IMG/VR virus record: IMGVR_UViG_3300019937_000002 | Span: 1-44,474 of that record | Strand: one strand, 5' to 3' | Length of the DNA stretch: 44,474 bases | Origin: a virus | Taxonomy: Duplodnaviria; Caudoviricetes | Shown: positions 8,535 to 17,905 of the stretch, one piece after another | Layout of the letters: every line of letters starts with the position of its first letter | Position numbering within the stretch: the first letter of the stretch is position 1 | Translations under genes and position numbers: made by a program | Notes under the pieces: generated by a model | The model's database searches: none | The model's input: only the letters and a program-made list of their open reading frames with translations | Told to the model about the DNA's origin: nothing

Positions 8535-8670
8535 CCAATTTGAAGAGTTTAGTGAGGATTATCCTGAACTAGCTCAATGCTACCCTGTGCTACAAATCAA
8601 AACCACATTCAACAAGGACGCAGGAACTGGTTGGGACAATTTTGAAGAAGATTGGAGGACACATGCTTAA
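8515..8670 (+). CDS. Small acidic hypothetical protein
   Basis: ATG at 8515; stop coupled (TAATG) to the RNAP start. Confidence 0.45.
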   Translation: MSLITIDQFEEFSEDYPELAQCYPVLQIKTTFNKDAGTGWDNFEEDWRTHA

Positions 8671-11048
8671 TGCCAACACCAGCACAGATCGACGAGCAGA
8701 TCCAGCTTGAGCGTGATGCTATTTCACAAGGTCTCAAGCGTTTACACAAAAACACCTACGACTTAGAGAACAAATCTTATGCGTCTGCTACTGTTTACGG
8801 AGCTGCTTCTATTGATACCTTGTTGCCTCTTGTGGTTGCACGTATTGAAGACACTACCAACAGGATAAAGGAAGGTAAAACAGGTGCATCATTCAAAGAG
8901 ATACAACAGTATCTTGTTGATGTTGAGCCTTTGGCTGCTGCTGCATTAGCTGTTAAACTAACATTTGATAAAGTCTTTTCGTATAAAGATAAAAGCAATC
9001 AAGCAATAAATGTGTGTGATGCTATTGGTCTTGCTGTTGAGCAGGAATGCCAAATGCGTCACTACGAAAAACATGCACCAGGTTTATTACACACACTAAA
9101 AGAAAACTATTGGCATCGTTCAATTGGAACACAACAAAAAATAGTTGTAATCCGTACTTTGATGAATCGCTATGAAGTTAAACGATGGAAAACATGGGGC
9201 AGAGCTAATCGCATTAAACTTGGAGGCTGGTTACTTGACTGCATTATGCAAAGTAGCGGGTGGTTCACAAAAGACATACAACGAGAAGGCAGAAAAACTG
9301 TCCAGTACGTTGTACCAACTCCAGAATTTCTTGAGATCAAGGACGCAGTAATGCGTGATGCTGAGTTATTCAGCCCACTTGCATGGCCAATGCTCATTGA
9401 ACCTAATGACTGGAAATATGAGTCAGCAGTTGATGGATTAGATGGCATTTATCAGCGTATTGTACACGGCGGTTACATCTTAAATGAGGTAATGAAAGGT
9501 CATGATATGGTACGAAGGGGCGATCCGACCCGTATACAGGGAGAGAGACCTATTGAGTTCTTGAATCGAATTCAGAAGGTTGCTTATCGTCTAAACCCCT
9601 TTACTGTGGGTGTAGCGGAAGAACTAGATAGATTGGAACGAGCTGTCGGTAAGTTTCTCCCTATCATTCATCATGACTTACCTCCTAAACCTGTAGATAT
9701 AGAAACTAATAAAGAAGCTCGTCATAGTTATAATAGACAAGCTGCTGAAGTTTACAATCTACAAGCTCAAGAGTTTAAGAAGTCATGTAGAACAAGAATG
9801 ACAATGGAAGCTGTACAAAGATTTAAGAGTAAAGATAAATTCTTTATTCCTTGGTCTTTTGATTACAGAGGTAGAGCTTACCCAATTCCTGCATTCTTAA
9901 CACCACAAGACACAGACTTTGGAAAAAGTTTATTGTCTTTTGCTGAACCAGCTTACATGACTCCTGAAGCTGAAGACTGGTTAGCATTTCAAGTAGCTAC
10001 TACTTATGGTCTAGATAAAGCTACGATGCAAGAAAGATTAGATTGGGTAAAGAATAATACTCATCTTATAACTTGTGTCGCTAATGATCCTATCTTACAC
10101 ATTCACGACTGGGAAGCAGCAGATGAACCATGGCAATTTCTTGCAGCATGTGATGAGTATTATCATTGTGTGCTTAAGTGTGATCGTCATTTTACAAGCT
10201 TGCCTGTAGCTACAGACGCTACTTGTAGTGGGTTACAGATATTAGCAGGTCTTGCTAAAGATAAGAATACTGCTAGTCTAGTTAACGTATTACCGTCTGA
10301 TAAACCACAGGATGCTTATGCTGTCGTCGCTATTGCTGCTACTCCTTTCTGCCCTAGTTCTATTCGTAATCATATGGATAGAAAGGTAGTAAAACGTGTT
10401 GTAATGACCGTACCTTACAATGCAAAACCTTTCTCTAATCGTGGGTACATCAAGGACGCACTAAAAGAAAAGGGTATTGAGATTGATAAAGATGACTTGA
10501 CAAAAACTGTCATCGCTGTTAGAAATGCTATGGATGAGGTCGTACCTGGTCCTATGGCTGTCATGAGTTGGATTGAGTCTGAGGTTGCTAAGGCAATTGA
10601 CTTGGGTAAAACAGAACTAACTTGGTCTACACCATCGGGTTTTGTTGTAACTCAAAAACTCATGAAGAAAGAAACAATACGCATTGAATTGCAATTGATG
10701 GGTGATTGTAAACTTACTGTTGCTACACAAGATAGTGACAAGGTTGACAAACAACATCATAAGAACGCAACAGCACCTAACTTAATACATTCACTCGATG
10801 CCTCCTTGCTCCACTTCAGCGCATTGGCTTTCAATGCACCGATCGCTCTCATTCATGATTCTGTATTGTGTCGTGCTACCGACATGTCTTCTCTCAGTGC
10901 AATTGTACGAGAAACATATATGCACCTCTTTGCCGAACACAATTACTTGCAAGACTTCGCTAACCAAATAGGAGCAGAGTCTGACCCACCCATTATCGGA
11001 GATCTAGAACCATCTTCAGTTATAGATAGTACCTACTTCTTTTGTTGA
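8670..11048 (+). CDS. Single-subunit T7-like RNA polymerase
   Basis: DYRGRAYP, DATCSGLQ, RKVVKRVVMTVPY, PNLIHSLDAS, IHDS and C-terminal YFFC. Confidence 0.98.
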   Translation: MPTPAQIDEQIQLERDAISQGLKRLHKNTYDLENKSYASATVYGAASIDTLLPLVVARIEDTTNRIKEGKTGASFKEIQQYLVDVEPLAAAALAVKLTFDKVFSYKDKSNQAINVCDAIGLAVEQECQMRHYEKHAPGLLHTLKENYWHRSIGTQQKIVVIRTLMNRYEVKRWKTWGRANRIKLGGWLLDCIMQSSGWFTKDIQREGRKTVQYVVPTPEFLEIKDAVMRDAELFSPLAWPMLIEPNDWKYESAVDGLDGIYQRIVHGGYILNEVMKGHDMVRRGDPTRIQGERPIEFLNRIQKVAYRLNPFTVGVAEELDRLERAVGKFLPIIHHDLPPKPVDIETNKEARHSYNRQAAEVYNLQAQEFKKSCRTRMTMEAVQRFKSKDKFFIPWSFDYRGRAYPIPAFLTPQDTDFGKSLLSFAEPAYMTPEAEDWLAFQVATTYGLDKATMQERLDWVKNNTHLITCVANDPILHIHDWEAADEPWQFLAACDEYYHCVLKCDRHFTSLPVATDATCSGLQILAGLAKDKNTASLVNVLPSDKPQDAYAVVAIAATPFCPSSIRNHMDRKVVKRVVMTVPYNAKPFSNRGYIKDALKEKGIEIDKDDLTKTVIAVRNAMDEVVPGPMAVMSWIESEVAKAIDLGKTELTWSTPSGFVVTQKLMKKETIRIELQLMGDCKLTVATQDSDKVDKQHHKNATAPNLIHSLDASLLHFSALAFNAPIALIHDSVLCRATDMSSLSAIVRETYMHLFAEHNYLQDFANQIGAESDPPIIGDLEPSSVIDSTYFFC
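9524..9536 (+). promoter_or_regulatory. Second copy of the putative phage promoter, inside the RNAP gene
   Basis: TCCGACCCGTATA followed by CAGGGAGA. Confidence 0.55.
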
Positions 11049-11088
11049 GTAAGTATCTCTCCCATTTATCCACCACTGTATAAAACTA

Positions 11089-11652
11089 ATGCCACGTCTA
11101 ATCCACAAAACCTCACAGCCTGTAATCCTTGAAGGTTATCAAGCTGTACTGAAACCAAGCAAGTTTGGTTATTCACTTGCTGCTCTAGTTGATCAATCAA
11201 TGGTTGATGCACTAGAAGATGATAGAGTTGAATCCCTTAAGTGGGCTGAAACTAAACTAAAGAACCCTAAGCGTTCTACTCTTAAGCCTGAACCTTGGGA
11301 AGAAGTTACTGAAGGACAATACAAAGTTAAGTTCTCTTGGAATGAAGAATCTCGTCCACCTGTTGTCGATACTGAAGGGACAGTTATTGCTGATGATAAT
11401 ACACCTTTGTATGCTGGTAGTCGTGTTAAGCTTGCGTTCTACCAAAAACCCTACATCCTCCGTGATGGAGTTACGTATGGAACAAGCCTTAAATTGGTTG
11501 GTGTACAACTGGTGTCTCTCAATGCATCAGCTGGTGTAGATACCGGTGATATGTCAGCAGAAAACGTTGCAGCACTCTTTGGTAAGACTGAAGGGTTCAA
11601 GGCTAGTGAGCCTAATGTAACGCCATCTGAGAGCACTGAGGAAGACTTCTAG
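11089..11652 (+). CDS. ssDNA-binding protein (gp2.5-like)
   Basis: GSRVKLAF...GTSLKLVGVQLV; acidic tail ending in F; synteny. Confidence 0.9.
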   Translation: MPRLIHKTSQPVILEGYQAVLKPSKFGYSLAALVDQSMVDALEDDRVESLKWAETKLKNPKRSTLKPEPWEEVTEGQYKVKFSWNEESRPPVVDTEGTVIADDNTPLYAGSRVKLAFYQKPYILRDGVTYGTSLKLVGVQLVSLNASAGVDTGDMSAENVAALFGKTEGFKASEPNVTPSESTEEDF

Positions 11653-12005
11653 TGGCATTCCGATCAGGACTTGAAGAGCGCGTTGCTGATCTTATGTGTG
11701 AGCTGGGTGTTAAGTATGAATATGAATCTACTAAGGTTCCATATATCATCCAGCATATCTACACTCCTGATTTTCTATTACCTAATGGGATATATTTAGA
11801 ATGTAAAGGTTATTGGGAAGCTGAAGACAGACGTAAGATCAAGAACGTAAAAGAACAACACCCTGAACTTGATTTACGTATGGTCTTTCAAGCACCATAT
11901 AATAAAATTAGTAAAGGATCAAAGACGACATACGCTAAATGGTGTGACAAACATAACATACCGTGGACTTCCTTCCATAACATCCCAATCGACTGGCTCC
12001 TCTGA
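11652..12005 (+). CDS. Endonuclease I (gp3-like)
   Basis: FRSGLEE, YTPDFLLPNGIYLECKG, HPELDLRMVF. Confidence 0.95.
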   Translation: MAFRSGLEERVADLMCELGVKYEYESTKVPYIIQHIYTPDFLLPNGIYLECKGYWEAEDRRKIKNVKEQHPELDLRMVFQAPYNKISKGSKTTYAKWCDKHNIPWTSFHNIPIDWLL

Positions 12006-13563
12006 GTTTGTAAGACATGAATCATGTAATAGTTGTGGCTCATCTGATGGTAATAGTATCTATACAGATGGCCATGGCTATTGTTTTGTATGTCATACTT
12101 ACACTGATGGGCAAGAAATAACAACACACATTCACACTAATTCTATTGTGCAGATCAAAGGCTCAGCCGAACGGCTGCAGAAACGCAAGATCAGTCAGAA
12201 GACTTGTGAGAAATTTAAAGTATATCGTGATGGGGACAAGCTAAGGTTTTACTATCACGATCCATCTGGCATTGTAAAAGGTGCTAAGATAAAAACTAAA
12301 GACAAACAATTTACTTATGAAGGAGAAACACCTGGTACATTCTTTGGTCAACATTTATGGGGCAGTAGTGGTAAGCGTATAATCATCACAGAAGGTGAGC
12401 TAGATTGTGTGTCTTATGCAGAGCTATACCCAACTTGGCCTGTAGTATCATTACCTAGTGGTGCGGCAGGAGCTAAGAAAGCAATTCAAAAGAACTTGGA
12501 GTTCCTTCAAGGTTATGAAGAAATTCTACTTTGGTTCGATGCAGATGAAGCCGGTCAGAAGGCTGCTGAAGAGGCTGCGAGTGTATTACCACCTGGTAGG
12601 GCTTACATCGCCCGCCTAGAGGCTTACAAAGACCTCTCAGACGCACTACAAGCTAGCGATTACAAAGCTATTGATGATGCATTCTTTAAACGTAAAGAAT
12701 TCAGACCTGATGGTATTGTAGATGCTAAATCTTTACTTGAATTAGTTACAACACCACAACCACCAGCTGACTATGACTACCCATTTCAAGGATTACAGTC
12801 AAAGCTTCACGGGATTAGGCGCGGAGAGCTTGTCACAATTACTTCAGGATCAGGCCAAGGCAAGTCGTCCGTGTGTCGAGACTTGGCTGCTCACTTGTTA
12901 TCGAACGGAGAACGGGTTGGATACTTGGCACTTGAAGAGTCAAACCGCCGTACAGCTTTAGGTTTGATGTCTGCTTCTGTGGGTAAGAACCTAGCCTTAG
13001 GAGAACATAGTCATGACGAACTTACAAAAGCGTTTGATTCCAGTATTAATAACTGGAACCTTTATCTTTTTGATGGCTTTGGTTCTTTTGATCCTGATAT
13101 TATTTATAACAGGATTGAATACTTAGCCTCAGGTCTTGATTGTAAGATCATCTTCCTTGATCACCTATCCATTCTAATGAGTGGTCTTGATGGTGATGAA
13201 CGTCGGATGATTGATCAAACAATGACACGGTTACGTTCACTTGTTGAACGAACTGGTATCGTATTATTTTTAGTATCACATTTAAAACGGGGATCATCCG
13301 ATCAAAACCATGAAGAAGGTGCGCGTGTTACACTCGGACAACTTAGAGGAAGTGCGGCAATCGCTCAACTTAGCGATGCAGTTATTGGACTCGAACGAAA
13401 TCAACAGAGTGAAACTAAACACTCTGATACAATTGTTAGAGTTCTCAAGAATCGCTACTCTGGGGAAACAGGCATTGCTTGTCGATTAAACTACAACCTA
13501 TCTACTTGTAAATTCAATGAAACTACAGCACCAGCAGAGTTTGACGCCACAACAGATTTCTGA
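11944..13563 (+). CDS. DNA primase/helicase (gp4-like); start uncertain (GTG 11944 or TTG 11869)
   Basis: Zn finger CNSCGSSD...CFVC, TOPRIM TEGELD/FDAD, Walker A GSGQGKS, LDHLS, LRGS. Confidence 0.95.
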   Translation: MTNITYRGLPSITSQSTGSSEFVRHESCNSCGSSDGNSIYTDGHGYCFVCHTYTDGQEITTHIHTNSIVQIKGSAERLQKRKISQKTCEKFKVYRDGDKLRFYYHDPSGIVKGAKIKTKDKQFTYEGETPGTFFGQHLWGSSGKRIIITEGELDCVSYAELYPTWPVVSLPSGAAGAKKAIQKNLEFLQGYEEILLWFDADEAGQKAAEEAASVLPPGRAYIARLEAYKDLSDALQASDYKAIDDAFFKRKEFRPDGIVDAKSLLELVTTPQPPADYDYPFQGLQSKLHGIRRGELVTITSGSGQGKSSVCRDLAAHLLSNGERVGYLALEESNRRTALGLMSASVGKNLALGEHSHDELTKAFDSSINNWNLYLFDGFGSFDPDIIYNRIEYLASGLDCKIIFLDHLSILMSGLDGDERRMIDQTMTRLRSLVERTGIVLFLVSHLKRGSSDQNHEEGARVTLGQLRGSAAIAQLSDAVIGLERNQQSETKHSDTIVRVLKNRYSGETGIACRLNYNLSTCKFNETTAPAEFDATTDF

Positions 13564-13708
13564 TTACGAAGCTATGAATGAAGAATTCATTAAAAAAGGT
13601 ACAGAGTTTCGTATTGATTTAACACTGCATAAGCCTAATCCTCCTACTGAGGAGGCAGTAAGACGTGCTAAGTTTGTTGATAAAACATACCAATGGCACG
13701 GACGTTGA
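13517..13708 (+). CDS. Hypothetical protein
   Basis: ORF fills the helicase-polymerase gap; start uncertain. Confidence 0.45.
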   Translation: MKLQHQQSLTPQQISDYEAMNEEFIKKGTEFRIDLTLHKPNPPTEEAVRRAKFVDKTYQWHGR

Positions 13709-14248
13709 ATGCTACTCTTTGATTTAGAAACAGACGGACTATTAAATGATGCTACCAAAATCCACTGTCTTTGCATCTACGACACCGAAACTGAAAAAAC
13801 AATGGTCTTTAATGATCAATCGTTTACGTCAGCTACGGAAAGATCAGCAACGGAACCTATCGTTCGTGGTATCCAATACCTCGAAGATGCTCCTTATATT
13901 GTCGGTCATAACATTATTAATTATGACCTTAGCATCATCAACAAGTTTTATCCATGGTTTAGACGTATTGGTGATTGCTTGGACACTCTTTTGCTTAGCC
14001 GTCTTTATCACCCGAACTTAATAGAGATTGACAAACAAAAGACTTGGCCTGGTATGCCGCTTAAACTTTACGGGTCACATTCACTAGCTGCTTGGGGTTA
14101 TCGCCTTGACGAAGCTAAAGGTGATTACTGTAAAGATACCGATTGGAAAGAATGGTCACCAGAAATGGAAGACTACATGATACAAGACGTAAATGTAACA
14201 ACAAAATTATGGAAACACTTCGAGAAAAAACTTGCCACTGTGGAGTAG
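13709..14248 (+). CDS. DNA polymerase 3'-5' exonuclease domain (N-terminal part of split gp5)
   Basis: ExoI FDLETDG, ExoII GHNIINYD, HSLAAWGYRL, ExoIII YMIQDV. Confidence 0.92.
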   Translation: MLLFDLETDGLLNDATKIHCLCIYDTETEKTMVFNDQSFTSATERSATEPIVRGIQYLEDAPYIVGHNIINYDLSIINKFYPWFRRIGDCLDTLLLSRLYHPNLIEIDKQKTWPGMPLKLYGSHSLAAWGYRLDEAKGDYCKDTDWKEWSPEMEDYMIQDVNVTTKLWKHFEKKLATVE

Positions 14249-14565
14249 TATTTATACCAAAAAAATCTTTTCAGATTCACTGCTCTACTGATTGCAATCA
14301 CAAACATCAACGGAACAAACGACAGAACTATTTAAACGAGGTGAAGCTAGAAGCAGGATGTGCTCGGTGTGGTTACAACGAACACCCTGAAGCTCTGCAA
14401 TTTAATCACCTTAATCCTGATGAAAAGTCCTTCAACATTGGAGAAAACAAACGCAAAAAACTAGAAACAATCAAAGCCGAGATCGCGAAATGCGAAGTCC
14501 TTTGCGCTAACTGCCATGCCATCTATACCAAACAAAATCATTATGCCCGAGTGGGTGAAACTTGA
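14209..14565 (+). CDS. HNH homing endonuclease between the two polymerase parts
   Basis: CHCG...CSTDC; CARCGY...ALQFNH...KCEVLCANCH. Confidence 0.85.
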   Translation: METLREKTCHCGVVFIPKKSFQIHCSTDCNHKHQRNKRQNYLNEVKLEAGCARCGYNEHPEALQFNHLNPDEKSFNIGENKRKKLETIKAEIAKCEVLCANCHAIYTKQNHYARVGET

Positions 14566-15796
14566 ACATGACGTAGCAATCTTACTAACTAAGCAGGAAA
14601 TTAATGGATGGTATTTTGATGAACGCGCTGCATGGCAACTTGCATCAACTCTCAGACAAGAGCTTGAAGAAACTTATCAACTACTACGTGACAGGCATCC
14701 TTACGTTGCCGGACCAGTATTTACTCCTAAGCGAGATAATCGGACCCAAGGCTATGTCAAAGACGCTCCACTTACACGCCTTAAAGAATTAAATCCTACA
14801 TCACGAGATCATCAAGCATGGATACTTACGACCTTTTATGGATGGAAACCGACCCAACTGACTGCCACTGGGAAGCCTATTATAGACGAACCGATCCTGA
14901 AGGAGATTGGGTCAGAAGTTTCTATGATGTTCCTGAAATGTTTGACGGTTCAGAAAATGCTTGGTCTCCTATCGCAAGGCACGAACGCTTGGCTGAAGCT
15001 ATGTACGACTGCTAGTAGAATCCATCATCATTGTTCTGTTGCTACTTCAACTTTTAGATGCGCTCATCGAAACCCAAACCTTGCTCAAGTACCAAGTGAC
15101 TCCAGATTTAGAGAACTTTTCTTACCAACTCCAGGTCAAGTCATGGTCGCTGCTGATTTGTCTGGGATTGAGTTACGTATGTTGTCTCATTTCCTTGCCA
15201 GATATGATGATGGACGATATGCAGACATCTTACTTAACGGAGACATCCATCAAGTAAATGCTGACAAGATAGGTATCTCTAGGAAATTAGTTAAGACGGT
15301 AACTTATGCATTCCTATATGGTGCAGGTGACGAAAAAATTGGACACAGCTATGACAAACTTCTTTCATCCACAAAAGCTAAGAAGAAAGGTAAGGAAATC
15401 AGAGAAGCATATATTAATGCAATTGATGGACTCGATAAACTCTTGGAGGCTATTAAGAAAGCTTCAGAACGAGGATTTATCAAAGCTATCGATGGCAGAA
15501 AAATTATGGTGGATAGCCCGCATAAAGCGTTAAACTACTGCCTTCAAGGTAACTCCGCTATCCTAGCAAAACGTTGGATGGTCATCAATCAACAAAACAT
15601 CAAAGAATTAAATTTATGTTGTTCACAACTAGCTTTCATACATGACGAATTGCAATTCGAGTGTGCCCCTGAACAGACAGCTGACTTATCAACATCCTTG
15701 GTATTTAGCAGTCTCTCAGCTGGAGAATATTACAAACTCAGAATCAGAATCGACGCAGAAGCAAAAACCGGAAAAAACTGGAGTGAAACCCACTAA
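14543..15796 (+). CDS. DNA polymerase family A polymerase domain (C-terminal part of split gp5)
   Basis: PNLAQVP, motif A DLSGIELR, motif B KTVTYAFLYG, motif C IHDE; start 14543 or 14516. Confidence 0.95.
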   Translation: MPEWVKLEHDVAILLTKQEINGWYFDERAAWQLASTLRQELEETYQLLRDRHPYVAGPVFTPKRDNRTQGYVKDAPLTRLKELNPTSRDHQAWILTTFYGWKPTQLTATGKPIIDEPILKEIGSEVSMMFLKCLTVQKMLGLLSQGTNAWLKLCTTASRIHHHCSVATSTFRCAHRNPNLAQVPSDSRFRELFLPTPGQVMVAADLSGIELRMLSHFLARYDDGRYADILLNGDIHQVNADKIGISRKLVKTVTYAFLYGAGDEKIGHSYDKLLSSTKAKKKGKEIREAYINAIDGLDKLLEAIKKASERGFIKAIDGRKIMVDSPHKALNYCLQGNSAILAKRWMVINQQNIKELNLCCSQLAFIHDELQFECAPEQTADLSTSLVFSSLSAGEYYKLRIRIDAEAKTGKNWSETH

Positions 15797-15924
15797 TGAG
15801 AAGTAAATCAATGATGGGAGTACAAACCGTAGTCCCGTTTACATCAAAGAAAACCCGTCAAGGTAACGGCTTGCATAGTAAACCACGAAAAGGTAAGAAA
15901 AAATATAGAGGCCAAGGTAAATGA
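15796..15924 (+). CDS. Small basic protein (42 aa, ...KKTRQG...KKYRGQGK)
   Basis: Hand translation; coupled at both ends (TAATG, ATGA). Confidence 0.6.
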   Translation: MRSKSMMGVQTVVPFTSKKTRQGNGLHSKPRKGKKKYRGQGK

Positions 15925-16688
15925 AGTTATTTGTTGACGCAGATTACATTGTTTATAAGGCATGTGCCGGTGCAGAGTCAGAAGTTGACTTTGGTGATGA
16001 TGTAATTTTAGTTGTCAGCAAATTCAGTGAAGCATACGCATCAGTCAAACGTGAACTTAATAAAATTAAAAATCAGTTCATGTGGGATGTACCTGAAGTA
16101 GTTCTTTTCTTTAGTGATAGTACTAACTTTCGTAAGGAGATTATGCCTGCTTATAAGGGACATCGTAATCGTAAGAAACCTTGTGGATATAAACGTGTTA
16201 TCAATGCTCTCAAAGATGAGTACGAAGTAGTAATACTACCGACTCTTGAGGCTGATGATAGTATGGGTATCTACGCTACTAAATATCCTGGTAACATTAT
16301 CGTTAGTCCTGACAAGGACATGCGACAGATACCTGGAACGCTCTACAACATGGATGAAACCGTGAATGTGGAAGAAGCTGAGGGACAACGCTGGCACCTC
16401 GTACAGACGCTTTCAGGTGACCAGACAGATGGCTACAGTGGTGTACCTGGTATTGGAATCAAACGAGCAGTTGCTTTATTTGAAGACAAAGGCTACACTT
16501 GGAAAACAGTTGTGGATGCATTTGCCGAGAAGGATCTTGGTGAAGACATAGCACTGCAAAACGCAAGACTTGCAAAGATCCTTACTAACGATGATTATGA
16601 CTGGAGAGCAAAACAGCCCATCCTTTTTACCCCCTCCTCCGATTATAAAGTTGACAGTGGAGCAGGAGTTCAAAATAAGAAGGCTTGA
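15921..16688 (+). CDS. 5'-3' exonuclease (gp6-like)
   Basis: DADYIVY, YKGHR, LEADD, DKD, GDQTDGYSGVPGIG. Confidence 0.95.
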   Translation: MKLFVDADYIVYKACAGAESEVDFGDDVILVVSKFSEAYASVKRELNKIKNQFMWDVPEVVLFFSDSTNFRKEIMPAYKGHRNRKKPCGYKRVINALKDEYEVVILPTLEADDSMGIYATKYPGNIIVSPDKDMRQIPGTLYNMDETVNVEEAEGQRWHLVQTLSGDQTDGYSGVPGIGIKRAVALFEDKGYTWKTVVDAFAEKDLGEDIALQNARLAKILTNDDYDWRAKQPILFTPSSDYKVDSGAGVQNKKA

Positions 16689-16836
16689 AGACTTACTACC
16701 TCAAGCTAATAAATCAGATATTATTACTTTATTCATGGCACTGCAACGTCAAAACTTTGCACTTGCTAACACCGTATCCAACCTAGTTAAACAATGGCCC
16801 AATCACCTGAACACTACGGAAACAACTGGGAAGTAG
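16591..16836 (+). CDS. nblA: NblA-like phycobilisome degradation adaptor, overlapping the exonuclease out of frame
   Basis: LTVEQEFKIRRL...LFMALQRQN...LVKQW matches the NblA LSLEQ.F...L..Q...L.K.W pattern. Confidence 0.7.
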   Translation: MIMTGEQNSPSFLPPPPIIKLTVEQEFKIRRLEDLLPQANKSDIITLFMALQRQNFALANTVSNLVKQWPNHLNTTETTGK

Positions 16837-17084
16837 GAGACTTTATCGTTAACCAAAACTTAAGTTTCTTCCAAGCTAATGCTGTCAAATACATCTGCCG
16901 TTGTGAATACAAAGGCGATAAAAGAAAAGACCTAGCCAAAGCAATTCACTACCTACAACATGAACTCGACAAAACACAATCAGACTGGGACAACTCTCTT
17001 GAGTCAAGCAAAAGAGTTCCGGGACGCTTACTCGGTGGTCAATTCACCGAATGGGACGCTGATCCAGAAATGTTTGATCGATGA
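16794..17084 (+). CDS. DUF3310-type protein (gp1.7-like)
   Basis: PEHY...FFQANAVKYICR...KDLAKAIHYL. Confidence 0.75.
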   Translation: MAQSPEHYGNNWEVGDFIVNQNLSFFQANAVKYICRCEYKGDKRKDLAKAIHYLQHELDKTQSDWDNSLESSKRVPGRLLGGQFTEWDADPEMFDR

Positions 17085-17343
17085 AGAATGGTCAGAGTTT
17101 CACGAAGCTTTTCATTTAAAAGATGCACACGAACAACTGAAAGAGCTTTGCGATCTTGTCTATGTTTGTTATCAGTTTGCTGCTAATGAAGGCTGGGATC
17201 TAGATGAAGCTATGGATCGTGTTCATAAATCAAACATGTCCAAACTAGGAGAAGACGGCAAGCCTATCTACAGAGGAGACGGTAAGGTCTTAAAAGGGCC
17301 AAATTACAAACCTCCAAACTTAAAGGATCTAACAAACAAATGA
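16960..17343 (+). CDS. MazG-superfamily NTP pyrophosphohydrolase
   Basis: EEWSEF...KELCDLVYV...VHKSNMSK...DGKVLKGPNY. Confidence 0.85.
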   Translation: MNSTKHNQTGTTLLSQAKEFRDAYSVVNSPNGTLIQKCLIDEEWSEFHEAFHLKDAHEQLKELCDLVYVCYQFAANEGWDLDEAMDRVHKSNMSKLGEDGKPIYRGDGKVLKGPNYKPPNLKDLTNK

Positions 17344-17549
17344 CTAGAGCATATGGCACAAAGGAGTTTTACGCAGAACAATTTGCAGACTTGATTGCTG
17401 ATGTTCAACATGACTCACCTGAATTCAGCGACAATTTACTTGCTGGCTTCCTGTTAGCACTAGACGACTGGCGTCAGTATCACGTTAAGCAAATTCTGGA
17501 ACTAGACAGAGTTGAATTTAATGCAACCAGCAAATTTAAAACAATCTAA
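17340..17549 (+). CDS. Hypothetical protein
   Basis: ORF track; ATGA coupling. Confidence 0.55.
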   Translation: MTRAYGTKEFYAEQFADLIADVQHDSPEFSDNLLAGFLLALDDWRQYHVKQILELDRVEFNATSKFKTI

Positions 17550-17551
17550 CA

Positions 17552-17905
17552 ATGACTAAGATGAGTTGGTGGGACTATTGGATCAACCACTGCTGGATGT
17601 CTGGTTGGCGGAGCATCAAACATTCATTCCAAAACTGGGGTGATCTGATGACTGGCAACTGGAAGGATTACGCTCTCATGTTCTATGATAATCCTTTTGA
17701 AGAGTGTAATGACTGCTTCTGGTCTTACCTTGGTAAAGATGACACACTACCAAAAGAGTTTCTTGAACATTTGATGGAAATGGTGGATCGTATTGAGCGT
17801 GGTGAGGAAGAACTCATCCCTATGGATGAAGTAATGATGAATAGATTGAAGGATCTTACAGCAGATGTGGAGTTGGATGATGGATCTACCGAGATTTCTG
17901 AATAG
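17552..17905 (+). CDS. Trp-rich hypothetical protein
   Basis: ORF track; tight packing. Confidence 0.6.
   Translation: MTKMSWWDYWINHCWMSGWRSIKHSFQNWGDLMTGNWKDYALMFYDNPFEECNDCFWSYLGKDDTLPKEFLEHLMEMVDRIERGEEELIPMDEVMMNRLKDLTADVELDDGSTEISE

Larger units (their letters stand above)
7318..10460 (+). repeat. Dispersed repeat CAAGGACGCA, five copies
   Basis: Cores at 7328, 8022, 8613, 9338 and 10451; 23-bp identity between 7318-7340 and 8012-8034. Confidence 0.85.

Noticed and set aside
7318-8623. CRISPR array
   Set aside because: Repeats are hundreds of bases apart, irregularly spaced and lie inside ORFs; no cas genes.
5280-11650. Integrase or lysogeny module near RNAP, as in some cyanopodophages
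   Set aside because: No tyrosine or serine recombinase ORF was recognised; RNAP is followed directly by SSB.
14249-14542. Group I intron in the DNA polymerase gene
   Set aside because: The gap is fully occupied by the HNH ORF and no intron core elements were recognised.
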